Assembly: GCA_022709925.1 (NCBI GenBank) | Contig: JAKLHX010000001.1 | Coordinates: 1 to 33,158, forward strand | Origin: Candidatus Margulisiibacteriota bacterium | Lineage (GTDB): Bacteria; Margulisbacteria; WOR-1; JAKLHX01 | Direction: 5' to 3' | DNA length: 33,158 nucleotides | Shown: positions 8,314 through 18,204 of the stretch, one piece after another | Numbering within the stretch: the stretch's first letter is position 1 | Layout of the letters: each line of letters begins with the position of its first letter | Notes under the pieces: model-generated | What the model saw: only the letters and a program-made list of their open reading frames with translations | Database searches by the model: none | Told to the model about the DNA's origin: nothing | Program-made: the position numbers and the translations under genes

Positions 8314-8760
8314 TTAAGACAAGCCCCTGATCTCTTTTACAAAATCAGAGACGTTCTCAAACTGTCTGTACACGGACGCGAACCGGACATACGCCACCTG
8401 GTCGAGCTCATGCAGTTTGTCCATTATTATTTCGCCGATAGTTACGGTCGGGACCTCCCGGCCGTACTCGGCATAAAGGTGTTTTTCCACTTCATCGGCT
8501 ATCTGTTCGATCGCCTCAACGCTTACCGGCCTTTTCTCGCAGGCTTTTCTTATCCCGGTCAAAAGTTTTTTCCTGTCATAGTTCTGCCTGCTGTTATCTT
8601 TTTTTATGACCATGAGAGGTTTTTCTTCGACCCTTTCATATGAGGTGAACCTGGATTTGCACAGTACGCACTCTCTTCTTCTTCTTATCGCAGAGCCGTC
8701 ATCTATTGACCTGGACTCGATTACTTTGTCTTCGTCTTTTCCGCAACCCGGACACTTCAT
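8314..8760 (-). CDS. nrdR: Transcriptional repressor NrdR (Zn-ribbon + ATP-cone)
   Basis: 148 aa from ATG 8760. MKCPGCGKDEDKVIESR...CVLCKSRFTSYE is the NrdR zinc ribbon, followed by an ATP-cone (VIKKDNSRQNYDRKKL...). The track ORF start at 8826 runs into the promoter. Confidence 0.9.
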   Translation of the reverse strand: MKCPGCGKDEDKVIESRSIDDGSAIRRRRECVLCKSRFTSYERVEEKPLMVIKKDNSRQNYDRKKLLTGIRKACEKRPVSVEAIEQIADEVEKHLYAEYGREVPTVTIGEIIMDKLHELDQVAYVRFASVYRQFENVSDFVKEIRGLS

Positions 8761-8811
8761 TTTGCATTCGCCCTTTTCTATGTCATTCCGCTTTATGTAG
8801 CGGGGATAAAG

Positions 8812-8842
8812 AGTATAGCACACCATATATGTGGGGTGTCAA
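8812..8842 (-). promoter_or_regulatory. Candidate nrdR promoter with an embedded 20-bp imperfect palindrome (NrdR-box-like operator)
   Basis: On the minus strand: TTGACA (8837-8842), 19 nt, and the extended -10 TGCTATACT (8812-8820). The spacer holds CACACCATATATGTGGGGTG (8819-8838), which is self-complementary at 16 of 20 positions. Its CAC..ATAT..GTG layout resembles the NrdR-box consensus. Confidence 0.4.
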
Positions 8843-8881
8843 GTATTGACAGGCGCTACGGTAAAATTGACAAAATGAGGT

Positions 8882-10648
8882 CTAATCCACGCAATAGCTT
8901 ACAGGGCATCCTCCGGCAAATTCGCTCTCAACAGCGATACGTCCCGTGTCTTCCGGCTTGATATAGAGCGCGGATTCTTTTTTGCATCCGGACCTGAAAA
9001 TCGTGATCCCTTTGCATTTTAATTTGTGAGCAAGGAAGAAGATGTTTTTAATGTCTTCTTTTGTCGCCGATTTGGGGAGGTTTACGGTCTTTGAAACGGC
9101 ATTGTCCGTATATTTCTGGAATGCCGCCGCTATTTGTACATGCCATTCGTAAGGGATCTCGGATGCGGTTACAAAAAGTTTTTTCATTTCTTCGGGGATC
9201 TTCTGTGTCGTCGATATGCCGCCTTCGTTAAGGATCTCTTTACAAAGTTCATTTGTCCATATCCTGGATCTTTTTGCCGCCTCTTCAAAAGCGCTGCTGC
9301 ACTCCACGAACTCATTTCCGTCAGAGGTCTTTCTTACATATGCGATCGCGAACAATGGCTCTATTCCGGAAGAACAGCCGGCTATTATGCTGAGAGTGCC
9401 GGTCGGCGCTATCGTTGTCACGGTCGCGTTCCTCATATGCTTCACCTTGTTCTTGTATATGCTGTTCTTGAATTCAGGGAAAGAGCCGCGCGCTTTCCCC
9501 AGCTCCTGTGACGCCTTATGGGCCTCTTCCTGTATGAATTTCATGATCTTTTCTGCCGCCTGTACCGCTTTTTGACTGTTGTATTGGATCCCGAGCTTGA
9601 TCAGCATGTCCGCAAATCCCATTACTCCTAGACCGATCTTTCTGGTCGCAAGGCTTGCCGTTTCTATCTCTGGCAGAGGATATTTGTTAATATCTATTAC
9701 ATTGTCCAGAAAACGCACGGCTGTATGCACGACCTCTTTTAATCTTTTATAGTCTATAGCACCGTTCTTGACGAATTTGGCCAGGTTGAGCGATCCCAAG
9801 TTACAGGACTCATACGGAAGGAGCGGCTGTTCTCCGCACGGGTTTGTCGCCTCAAGCCTCCCGAGTTTTGGCAAAGGATTTTCCCGGTTCACCTTATCCA
9901 TGAATATGATCCCCGGATCCCCGACCTCATAAGCGCACTCACATATATAAGACATCACTTCGGCCGCGCTCATTTTTCCCGTGACCTTTCCGGAGTAAGG
10001 ACTCTTGATATTGTACTTAAGGCCTTTTTTTGCCGACTCGATGAATTTGTCGCTCACCCCAACGGACAGATTGAAGTTAGCTAAAGCATCGGTTTTGGAT
10101 TTTGCGCCTATAAAGTCCATTATGTCCGGATGGTCCACAGGAATTATCCCCATGTTCGCTCCGCGCCTTCTTCCGCCTTGCATTATCACTTGAGAGGCCG
10201 TGTCAAAGATCTTTATGAAAGAGACCGGTCCGGAGGATACTCCATGAGTGGTCTTTACCGGAGAATGGGCCGGCCTGAGATCTCCAAAGTTGAACCCTAT
10301 ACCGCCGCCGCTCTGGTGAATGACCGCCATGTTCTTGAGGGTCTCAAAAATATCCTTTAGAGAGTCGTTTACGGGAAGGACAAAGCATGCCGACAGCTGC
10401 CCGAGTTCCGTTCCCGCGTTCATGAGCGTTGGCGAATTCGGCAAAAACTCGCTTTCGGACATTATTTCGAGGAATTTTTCTTCTGTTGCGGATGTTTTTG
10501 CCGAAGGATCGTATTTTTTATCCGCTGAAGCTACTGCTTTTGCTACCCGGCGGAGCATCTGCTGGGGAGTTTCTGAGGGGTGCCCACTCTTGTCTTTCAA
10601 CAAATAGCGTTTTTTAAGAATGTACTCGGCATTTTTGGTGAGGTCCAT
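8882..10648 (-). CDS. nrdJ: Adenosylcobalamin-dependent (class II) ribonucleotide reductase, short paralog
   Basis: 588 aa from ATG 10648, with GAAAGGTGG 9 nt upstream. It carries the same motif set as the long form ([64 protein letters not shown]). It ends ...[10 protein letters not shown] with no zinc-finger tail. Confidence 0.88.
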   Translation of the reverse strand: MDLTKNAEYILKKRYLLKDKSGHPSETPQQMLRRVAKAVASADKKYDPSAKTSATEEKFLEIMSESEFLPNSPTLMNAGTELGQLSACFVLPVNDSLKDIFETLKNMAVIHQSGGGIGFNFGDLRPAHSPVKTTHGVSSGPVSFIKIFDTASQVIMQGGRRRGANMGIIPVDHPDIMDFIGAKSKTDALANFNLSVGVSDKFIESAKKGLKYNIKSPYSGKVTGKMSAAEVMSYICECAYEVGDPGIIFMDKVNRENPLPKLGRLEATNPCGEQPLLPYESCNLGSLNLAKFVKNGAIDYKRLKEVVHTAVRFLDNVIDINKYPLPEIETASLATRKIGLGVMGFADMLIKLGIQYNSQKAVQAAEKIMKFIQEEAHKASQELGKARGSFPEFKNSIYKNKVKHMRNATVTTIAPTGTLSIIAGCSSGIEPLFAIAYVRKTSDGNEFVECSSAFEEAAKRSRIWTNELCKEILNEGGISTTQKIPEEMKKLFVTASEIPYEWHVQIAAAFQKYTDNAVSKTVNLPKSATKEDIKNIFFLAHKLKCKGITIFRSGCKKESALYIKPEDTGRIAVESEFAGGCPVSYCVD

Positions 10649-10670
10649 ATAAAAGCCCACCTTTCGCGCT

Positions 10671-10904
10671 TTATTTTATGCTTAAAGCCGTACTTATTCT
10701 TTCTTTGTCAAAACCAAGTATCAGGTCTTCCCCGATCTCTATTACCGGAACGCCGGTCTGTCCGGTCTTTGCTATGAAATCTTTTGCAACGGATTTGTCC
10801 ATAGACACGTCAATGTCCTCGAAAGAGATGTTGTTTTGCGAAAGGAATTCCTTTGCCTGACGGCAGAACGGGCAAGTAGGAGTTGAATAAACTTTTACTG
10901 CCAA
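10671..10904 (-). CDS. Small glutaredoxin-like redoxin (YruB/NrdH-like, CPFC active site)
   Basis: 77 aa from TTG 10904. (M)AVKVYSTPTCPFCRQAKEFL...TGVPVIEIGEDLILGFD is a glutaredoxin fold. Its stop lies 22 nt upstream of nrdJ paralog 2. The track start at 10952 would overlap the ferredoxin gene. Confidence 0.75.
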   Translation of the reverse strand: MAVKVYSTPTCPFCRQAKEFLSQNNISFEDIDVSMDKSVAKDFIAKTGQTGVPVIEIGEDLILGFDKERISTALSIK

Positions 10905-10911
10905 ATAATAC

Positions 10912-11082
10912 CTACGCCTTTTCGATGGCGCTGACAGGGCAGGCCGAAACACAATTGCCGCAGTCAGTGCATTTTTCCGGGTCTATCGTATAGATAGGGT
11001 CTCCGGAGCTTATCGCGCTTACAGGGCATTCGCCTTCACAGGTCCCGCAGGCTATGCAAGTATCGTTTATCTTATATGCCAT
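10912..11082 (-). CDS. 2x[4Fe-4S] clostridial-type ferredoxin (56 aa, absent from the ORF track)
   Basis: My hand translation is MAYKINDTCIACGTCEGECPVSAISSGDPIYTIDPEKCTDCGNCVSACPVSAIEKA*. It has two CxxCxxCxxxCP motifs and GGAGGT 7 nt upstream of the ATG. It falls below the track's length cutoff. Confidence 0.85.
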   Translation of the reverse strand: MAYKINDTCIACGTCEGECPVSAISSGDPIYTIDPEKCTDCGNCVSACPVSAIEKA

Positions 11083-11111
11083 TTCTTTACCTCCAGAAGT
11101 ATTATATCCTT

Positions 11112-11139
11112 ATTATAGTACCATTTTCCCGGATTTCAA
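11112..11139 (-). promoter_or_regulatory. Candidate sigma70-type promoter of the ferredoxin-glutaredoxin-nrdJ operon
   Basis: On the minus strand: TTGAAA (11134-11139), 16 nt, TATAAT (11112-11117). It sits ~30 nt upstream of the ferredoxin ATG, just downstream of the eno terminator. Confidence 0.5.
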
Positions 11140-11151
11140 GAGTAAGTGTGC

Positions 11152-11178
11152 AAAAAGGCCGCCCTAAGGCGGCCTTTT
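11152..11178 (-). terminator. Rho-independent terminator after eno
   Basis: AAAAAGGCCGCC-CTAA-GGCGGCCTTTT has a 7-bp GC stem and a 4-nt loop. A T-run follows on the minus strand (an A-run on the plus strand makes it potentially bidirectional). It lies 23 nt beyond the eno stop. Confidence 0.7.
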
Positions 11179-11200
11179 GATCATGAAATAGGGAAGGGGG

Positions 11201-13238
<2,038 letters not shown>

Positions 13239-13334
13239 GCTTCAAGTATAGCATCGGAAGATGCGCCGCTTCAGGTCTTTGGAATGTTGTGATATAATTC
13301 TTAAAAATAAATTTCCCCGGATAAGGAGTTCCTT

Positions 13335-13778
13335 ATGGTAAATGGCAAAAAAAGCAAAAAAGCGTCCGCGAGGAAAACCGCCAAAGAAAAGATCGTCGGC
13401 AAGATAGAGCATGTATACGAAAAAATAAATGTCGTTACGACGACATTGAAAAGCCCCGTTAAAGTCGGGGACATCATACACATAAAAGGGCATACAACGG
13501 ACATTGTCCAGGCCATCGATTCAATACAGATCGAGCATGAGAGCGTGCAAAAAGCAAAAAAAGGCGCCGGTATCGGGATAAAAGTGCGCGGCACGGTTCG
13601 GGATAATGACGCCATATATTTTGCGGACAAAAAAACCGCCGCGGCCTTCCGGACCCAGATCAAAGCTCCGGTTTTTCAGCAGGCAAAAACTTCTTTTCCA
13701 TCCAGCCCCAGACCGACTTTGCCCGCCGCTAAAATAGCACAGCCGCCGGCAGAAAAACCCAGGTTTTTAAGTTTTTAA
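13335..13778 (+). CDS. Translation-elongation-factor-like small beta-barrel protein with Lys-rich N-tail and Pro-rich C-tail
   Basis: 147 aa. The core GKIEHVYEKINVVTTTL..VKVGDIIHIKGHTTDIVQAIDSIQIEHESVQKAKKGAGIGIKV resembles EF-Tu domain-II-like standalone proteins. AAGGAG RBS. Confidence 0.5.
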   Translation: MVNGKKSKKASARKTAKEKIVGKIEHVYEKINVVTTTLKSPVKVGDIIHIKGHTTDIVQAIDSIQIEHESVQKAKKGAGIGIKVRGTVRDNDAIYFADKKTAAAFRTQIKAPVFQQAKTSFPSSPRPTLPAAKIAQPPAEKPRFLSF

Positions 13779-13829
13779 CCTTAGGCCTCAAAAGTTGAAT
13801 TCGGGACTCTCTGATAGTAAGATTGAGAT

Positions 13830-15077
13830 ATGACCTCCTCACACGAGAAACCGGGATTCTGGAACAGGCTCCCAAAGGCATTTGAATCGTTGAAGTACCC
13901 TAATTACAGGAACTTCTGGTTCAATGAAGGCATTTCTTTGATCGGGTTGTGGATGCAGATGATCGCTCAGGGATGGCTGGTCTACGAAATAACCGGGTCC
14001 AAATTCCTTTTGGGCATGATAAATACGATAGCAGGGCTTCCCGTGATATTTTTTACCCCTATAGGAGGGATAATCGCTGACCGGTACAATAAAAAGGACC
14101 TTTTGATATTGACCCAGATAGTTTTTGCGGCGCTGTCTTTTCTTATAGGCTTTTTGGTATATACGGGAGGGGTTAATTTTACGAATTTGGCGGTCATAGT
14201 CTTCCTTATCGGCATAGCCAACAGCATCGATTCCCCCACCAGGCAGTCCTTTGTAGCCGAACTTGTGGGGCCAAGGTCCCTTGGGAACGCTATCGCCCTT
14301 AACTCCCTTGCCTTTAATACCGCAAGGATGATCGGCCCGGCTATTGCCGGATATATCATAGGGATAGTCGGGATAGAATCGTGCTACTTCATCAATGCCG
14401 CGACTTTTTTAGGCGTGATCATCGCTCTATTATTGCTAAAAGGCGATTTTTCCCCAAAGGCAAAAAAAGACACTTCCGCGCGAGCCGCTTTTATAGAAGG
14501 GCTTAAATATATCCTTGAAGACAAGAAGGTCCTGTTCTCCCTGTGCCTGGTAGCGTTCACCTCGATATTCGTCATGCCGTACGCCATCCTCATGCCGGTA
14601 TTTGCCAAGGATATTTTCCATGCGGGGGCGCAGGGACTAGGGACTTTGATGGCTTTTTCAGGGTTTGGCGCTCTTACCGGGGCATTTATGCTGGCGCATT
14701 TCAGCGGCAGGATAGACCTTAAAAAAACCATATTCATAAGCACGTTCACGATAGCCGCGGCGCTTCTGATGTTCTCTGTTTCCCGGATATTTTTTGTGTC
14801 TCTTTTGGCGCTTGCGGTGCTGGGCTGGAGCATAGTGTCTCAGGCCGCCTCCATAAATACATATATACAGAACGAAGTCCCCAACAGTTTGAGGGGAAGG
14901 ATCATGAGCTTTTATGTCCTTTCTTTCATGGGGCTTATGCCAGTCGGTTCTTTCCAGGCCGGGCTCATGGCGCATTATTTTGGGGCGTCGGCGGCACTAG
15001 CCCTGGGAGCCTTTGTGAGCCTTGTCCCCATGTCTTTGCTGCTGATATTCCAGGCGGTAAAGAAAGTGAAGTATTAG
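13830..15077 (+). CDS. MFS transporter (EntS/MFS_3-like)
   Basis: 415 aa with ~12 predicted hydrophobic helices, a GGIIADRYNKK loop between TM2 and TM3, and YRNFW near the N-terminus. Confidence 0.8.
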   Translation: MTSSHEKPGFWNRLPKAFESLKYPNYRNFWFNEGISLIGLWMQMIAQGWLVYEITGSKFLLGMINTIAGLPVIFFTPIGGIIADRYNKKDLLILTQIVFAALSFLIGFLVYTGGVNFTNLAVIVFLIGIANSIDSPTRQSFVAELVGPRSLGNAIALNSLAFNTARMIGPAIAGYIIGIVGIESCYFINAATFLGVIIALLLLKGDFSPKAKKDTSARAAFIEGLKYILEDKKVLFSLCLVAFTSIFVMPYAILMPVFAKDIFHAGAQGLGTLMAFSGFGALTGAFMLAHFSGRIDLKKTIFISTFTIAAALLMFSVSRIFFVSLLALAVLGWSIVSQAASINTYIQNEVPNSLRGRIMSFYVLSFMGLMPVGSFQAGLMAHYFGASAALALGAFVSLVPMSLLLIFQAVKKVKY

Positions 15078-15265
15078 TTCTTATCTCTCTGAAAAAATGA
15101 TATGTAGACGATCTCCAGTATCCCGAGAGTGTTCACCAGCAGGACAGCGATGAACCACGCGGGCTGCCTGTTCCTCGCGGACTTCCAAAGAGCGACGCCC
15201 TTCCAAGGAAGGGACCATATAAGCGCCAGTGCGACCCAGATATTATCAGGGATCCCCAAGAACAC
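15074..15265 (-). CDS. Small two-helix membrane protein (DUF5652-like)
   Basis: 63 aa. LPWKGVALWKSARNRQPAWFIAVLLVNTLGILEIVYI matches my recollection of the DUF5652 pattern. GTG start with GGAAAGGTGA upstream. Confidence 0.5.
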   Translation of the reverse strand: MFLGIPDNIWVALALIWSLPWKGVALWKSARNRQPAWFIAVLLVNTLGILEIVYISFFQRDKN

Positions 15266-15272
15266 GGTTAAT

Positions 15273-15428
15273 TCACCTTTCCGGGAACATGATCCCTATG
15301 CCTATAAGCACGAGGATTATTGCCCACATATATCTCCAGACATTGCCGGTCACTATGCCGGCGGCCTCGAGAAATAAAATAGCTCCTATAAAGACTACGA
15401 ACCCGCCCCAAAAATATCTTCTGTTCAT
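15273..15428 (-). CDS. Unannotated 51-aa two-helix membrane protein
   Basis: My hand translation is MNRRYFWGGFVVFIGAILFLEAAGIVTGNVWRYMWAIILVLIGIGIMFPER*. A strong GGGGAGGG RBS lies 8 nt upstream. Its stop is 7 nt upstream of the DUF5652-like gene. It falls below the track cutoff. Confidence 0.45.
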   Translation of the reverse strand: MNRRYFWGGFVVFIGAILFLEAAGIVTGNVWRYMWAIILVLIGIGIMFPER

Positions 15429-15462
15429 CTTTTATCCCTCCCCGTAAGATTATACTACAAAA

Positions 15463-16203
15463 TCATAGTACGGATAATTCTAGTATCTTTTGTCTTATGC
15501 TCTCCGTCATCTCCTTATATACGTCGTAGGCGGCGGTATTGTTTTTCTTGTCGAAAAAAACCGCAGAGTCCAAGGGCTTCCCGAAAAATACTTTTATGGG
15601 CGCCTTTTTCGGGAAAAAACTTCCTCTGGGGAGGGCTTTATCTGCGCCCTTTATGAACACGGGGACCACCGGACATTTTGTCTCGACAGCCAAAGTCCCT
15701 ACCCCGACCTTGAACGGGAGGACTTCGCCACCCTTGCTGCGCGTGCCTTCCGGAGCTATATATATAGAATTTCCAGACCTCAGGAGCATGGCCGCGCCGG
15801 AAAGCGCTTCCCACGGTTTTTTTTCAAGGTCTACGGGAATGGACCTTACAAAAAGTTTTATGAAAAACCTTGTCACCGGATTTTTATCGTAAAACCCCTT
15901 GTACATCGCGACAATCTTGTCCCGATGGCCGGGCGGCAGGCAGAATAATATCGCCGGGAAATCGAATATGCTCGAATGATTAGAGGCTATTATATACGGA
16001 GGTGACGGCAGTCTTTCCGATCCTTCGCAACTCAGCGAGAAATGCCTTTGAGAGAACCGATTTATGAAAGAATTGAACGAAGGCCTGAATATCTTTAGAG
16101 GGCTGTCGGCTTTATTTATAAGGCCGCTGTCCGCGGGGGCATCCATCTTCAGCAGTTTTCTCCAGTAGGAGGAGGTGTCCCGGTCGAGCGGACTATCTTG
16201 CAT
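15463..16203 (-). CDS. PlsC-family (lysophospholipid/1-acylglycerol-3-phosphate-type) acyltransferase
   Basis: 246 aa with the HX4D motif NHSSIFD and an APEGTRS block. It overlaps the ACP gene by 11 nt. Confidence 0.75.
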   Translation of the reverse strand: MQDSPLDRDTSSYWRKLLKMDAPADSGLINKADSPLKIFRPSFNSFINRFSQRHFSLSCEGSERLPSPPYIIASNHSSIFDFPAILFCLPPGHRDKIVAMYKGFYDKNPVTRFFIKLFVRSIPVDLEKKPWEALSGAAMLLRSGNSIYIAPEGTRSKGGEVLPFKVGVGTLAVETKCPVVPVFIKGADKALPRGSFFPKKAPIKVFFGKPLDSAVFFDKKNNTAAYDVYKEMTESIRQKILELSVL

Positions 16204-16435
16204 TTATTTTTTCTTTTGCGACCGCGATTATATCGTTAAGGGTCTTTATCTTTTCCAACTTGTTCTCGGGGATGTCTATATGGAACTGTTTGTCCAGGGT
16301 GGCGAATATCTCGACCCCAAGAAGGGAGTCTACGCCAAGCTCCTTGAAAAGGTCCGCATCGGGGTCGATCTTTTCCGCCGGCACCTTGATGACTTTCGCA
16401 ACCGATTCGCGGATCTGCCGTTCTATGTTCTCCAT
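16193..16435 (-). CDS. Acyl carrier protein
   Basis: 80 aa with the phosphopantetheine attachment motif LGVDSLLGVE. Confidence 0.8.
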   Translation of the reverse strand: MENIERQIRESVAKVIKVPAEKIDPDADLFKELGVDSLLGVEIFATLDKQFHIDIPENKLEKIKTLNDIIAVAKEKINAR

Positions 16436-16448
16436 TTTTCCCTCCCGT

Positions 16449-18161
16449 CTATTTTTCGGCGAACATGTTCTTTACTACGAACCTTTTTATCTTTCTTGTT
16501 GCGGTCTTGGGCAGTTGGTCCCTGGTGATATGGTATTTTACTATTCTCTTGTAATTGGTCAGGCATTCTCCCAGCTGGTCCAGTTCCCCGACGATGACCT
16601 TTCTGATCATGTCGTCGTTCAGGGTGGAGTCGGTCTTTAGCGCCCAGCTCGCGAAACACTCCATGTTCGGGACGACTGCCGCATGCACTTCTTCCATTCC
16701 GGCATGTATCCCGCCTTTTATCACATGGCCGAACACGCATATCTCGGATACAAAGGGGCTTTTTGAAAGCGCGAATTCCACCTCGTCCGGATAGACATTC
16801 ACCCCGGACCCCAGCACTATCACGTCTTTGCATCTTCCAGTTATATAAAGGTTCCCTTTTTCGTCGAACCTGCCGAGGTCTCCCGTGTAGAACCATCCGT
16901 CTTTTAAGACCTCTTTGGATGCCGCCTCGTTTTTGTAATAACCTATCATCACGTTAGGGCCTTTAGCGATTATTTCTCCTATGCCGTCCTTTGACGGGTT
17001 GTGTATCTTTATTTCTATGCCGGGCAGGGGCTTTCCGACGGAACCGAATATATTGTTATCCAGAGTGCAGGCGGAAAGTATCGGAGATGTTTCGGTAAGT
17101 CCGTACCCCTGGACTATCGTAAAGCCCATCAGGTCAAATTTTCTTATGATGTCCGGATCAAGCGCCGCTCCGCCGCTTACAAAGAACTTGATGCTGCCGC
17201 CGAATTTTTTCTGGACCATGCCGAAAAGTTTTTTGCCGATATTTTTATGAAAGATCGCTTTTGATGCTTCCGAAATGGCGAAAAGGGACTTGAACAGGAG
17301 CTTTGCCGGAAGTCCTTTTTCGTCGATCTGGCGGTCTATTCCCTCCGCAAAAAGTTTGTAGAGGAGCGGTACTGCGCAAATGATGTTCGCCTTGGTCTCC
17401 TGCATGTTGCGCAAAAGGTTGTGCGACTTTAAGCTTTCCGCGTAAGTAGTGCAGCAGCCTTTGATGAGCGCATAGAACATGGCCATCGTCTCGAACGTGT
17501 GATAATTCGGGAGCACCGAAAGGAAGCTGTCCCCGGGCCCCAGCATCCAGAATATGGGGCTTGCCATCGTTGCGTCGGACATCACATTTTTGTGTGTAAG
17601 CATGACGCCTTTAGGGTTCCCCGTTGTTCCGGAAGTGTATATTATCGACAACAGGTCTTCAAGTCGGACATTGTTTTCGGCGGATACTATCTCTGCGGCT
17701 ATTTCGGAAGACACAGGGGATCCGATGATCTTGGGCAGTTCCGCATCGATATTCACGATCCTCTTTATTTTAGTGAACCCGTCTTTTATCAGGTCCACTT
17801 TTTCCATAAGCTGTTCGGAGGAGAATAATATTATGGAATCGCTGTTCTCCACAAGGTGCTTTATTTCCGCGTGTTCGAGCTTGGGATCCAGAGGGACGAC
17901 CACCGCCCCTATGTTCGCAACGCCAAAATAGACTATCGGCCATTCCGGGCGGTTCTCGCTGAGAAGGATGATCTTGTCATCCTTCTTTATCCCTTCTTTG
18001 ATCAAGAAGGCCCCGACTTTTTTCACGGCCCCGTAAAAATCTTCGTAAGTGAATTTTCTGTAGGCGCCGTCTTCCTGTCTCATCTGAAGCGCCGGATGAC
18101 GCCCAAATTTTTCAGCGCTTGCTTTCAGCATCTGAGGGACGGTCGGGAAAATTTCTTGCAT
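16449..18161 (-). CDS. AMP-dependent synthetase/ligase (long-chain fatty acid-CoA or acyl-ACP synthetase)
   Basis: 570 aa with the AMP-binding signature IIYTSGTTGNPKGVMLTHKN, plus GYGLTE and WFYTGDLG. Confidence 0.85.
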   Translation of the reverse strand: MQEIFPTVPQMLKASAEKFGRHPALQMRQEDGAYRKFTYEDFYGAVKKVGAFLIKEGIKKDDKIILLSENRPEWPIVYFGVANIGAVVVPLDPKLEHAEIKHLVENSDSIILFSSEQLMEKVDLIKDGFTKIKRIVNIDAELPKIIGSPVSSEIAAEIVSAENNVRLEDLLSIIYTSGTTGNPKGVMLTHKNVMSDATMASPIFWMLGPGDSFLSVLPNYHTFETMAMFYALIKGCCTTYAESLKSHNLLRNMQETKANIICAVPLLYKLFAEGIDRQIDEKGLPAKLLFKSLFAISEASKAIFHKNIGKKLFGMVQKKFGGSIKFFVSGGAALDPDIIRKFDLMGFTIVQGYGLTETSPILSACTLDNNIFGSVGKPLPGIEIKIHNPSKDGIGEIIAKGPNVMIGYYKNEAASKEVLKDGWFYTGDLGRFDEKGNLYITGRCKDVIVLGSGVNVYPDEVEFALSKSPFVSEICVFGHVIKGGIHAGMEEVHAAVVPNMECFASWALKTDSTLNDDMIRKVIVGELDQLGECLTNYKRIVKYHITRDQLPKTATRKIKRFVVKNMFAEK

Positions 18162-18204
18162 AGAGGATATTATAAATAATACGCGCGGACTTTACAACCG
18201 GCTT

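Noticed and set aside
16423-16896. 157-aa minus-strand ORF overlapping the 3' part of the AMP-ligase gene in another frame
   Set aside because: It is an Arg-rich out-of-frame overlap with a strongly supported gene, and it has no independent start context.
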